64,000 nucleotides of DNA from Takakia lepidozioides (Eukaryota; Plantae; Bryophyta), in assembly GCA_030704615.1 (NCBI GenBank), contig CM060731.1, positions 87,420,001-87,484,000 on the forward strand. The letters run 5' to 3'. The position numbers and the translations under genes were made by a program. How positions within the stretch are numbered: position 1 is the stretch's first letter; every line of letters begins with the position of its first letter. The notes below the pieces were generated by a model. That model did not search any database, was not told the DNA's origin, and saw only the letters and a program-made list of their open reading frames with translations. Shown here one piece after another: positions 63,231-64,000 of the stretch.

Positions 63231-64000
63231 TAGGGTAGGGGTTAGGGTTTCACTCCTTAATTAGCCATAATTAAGGGTAATTAAACAATTCACCAGGGCC
63301 ATCATAAGCTGCATTTTTCATCCGGTTCAGATGAAAAAAGTTAATAGGTTCATCTATTTGGAGAAGGTCCATCAGCAGGATGAAAAAGCAGTACACATCA
63401 TCCAAGGCAGCGGTTTCTCATCCTAACAGGTAATTCATCATCCCCTAAGAAAAGCCTCATCCAGTACGGAAAAAAAGGCATAAAGGAGGAATAAAACGAA
63501 TTAATATCCTGGTATTTTTCATCCGGCATGGATGCAAAAATTATAGATAGGATGCCAGTGTCACAACCCCTACAGAGGTAATTCCTTATTCTCTGGTGAC
63601 TCATTTGGTATAGATGAAAGTCAATAAAAGAGGAATGAAAAATTATAGACCCTTTTAAGAGGTATTTTAGTGTCTAGTATTTTAGAGACCCCGTTGTGAT
63701 GGCATCGTCTCTTTCCCTCCTTTGGCTTTTATGTTTCGCAGCGGCGCTTGTGTGGGGAAGTATATATCTCTCTCTCCCTTCTTAAACCTAGCATTTGTAT
63801 GCTTCGCTTCTCCTTAGCTGTGTTGGAGGTGGCTTGCTGGTGGCGATAGCGCACAGTTACCTTCCCCAATCGCTCAAGGTGCTTTTGGTGATTAGGGTTC
63901 CTTTTACTTCATGTTTTTCTCTCTTGCTTTGGAGGTTCTTAGTTGACATCGATGACAAGTGTAGGGGTCTGTGATTCACCTGGGGTTCCACAATCCTCAC

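Noticed and set aside
63640-63680. Helitron 3' end or CACTA terminus (TAGTGTCTAG)
   Set aside because: Hairpin is weak and no matching other end or TSD was found

Overview
Eukaryotic, intron-containing plant genomic DNA. The mix of transposon clades suggests a seed-free land plant (bryophyte, lycophyte or fern); this is inference only. The one clearly intact host gene is a 14-exon vacuolar Na+(K+)/H+ antiporter (NHX1/2 class, 25533-38345, +). The rest is nested mobile DNA. (1) A non-autonomous Pack-CACTA (1231-5389, TSD TTA) carrying O-methyltransferase and OSB gene fragments. (2) The 3' part of a Dualen/RandI-like LINE (chromodomain, PCIF1-like fold, RNase H, CCHC, restriction-like endonuclease). 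(3) Gypsy and CRE-like debris. (4) An apparently intact autonomous CACTA (11248-23909, TSD AGG) whose divergent second gene splices an FCP1-like HAD phosphatase domain between two TnpA-type domains. (5) A (CT)n-targeting LINE family stacked repeatedly at single sites inside NHX introns. (6) A TTAA-flanked piggyBac-like element. (7) A ~15 kb block with a kinase pseudogene, a RING pseudogene, a spliced beta-class N4/N6 DNA-methyltransferase-like gene and dense palindrome arrays. (8) A tRNA-derived SINE whose structured 3' end matches that of the Dualen-like LINE. All domain calls come from motif recognition by eye; no database searches were run.
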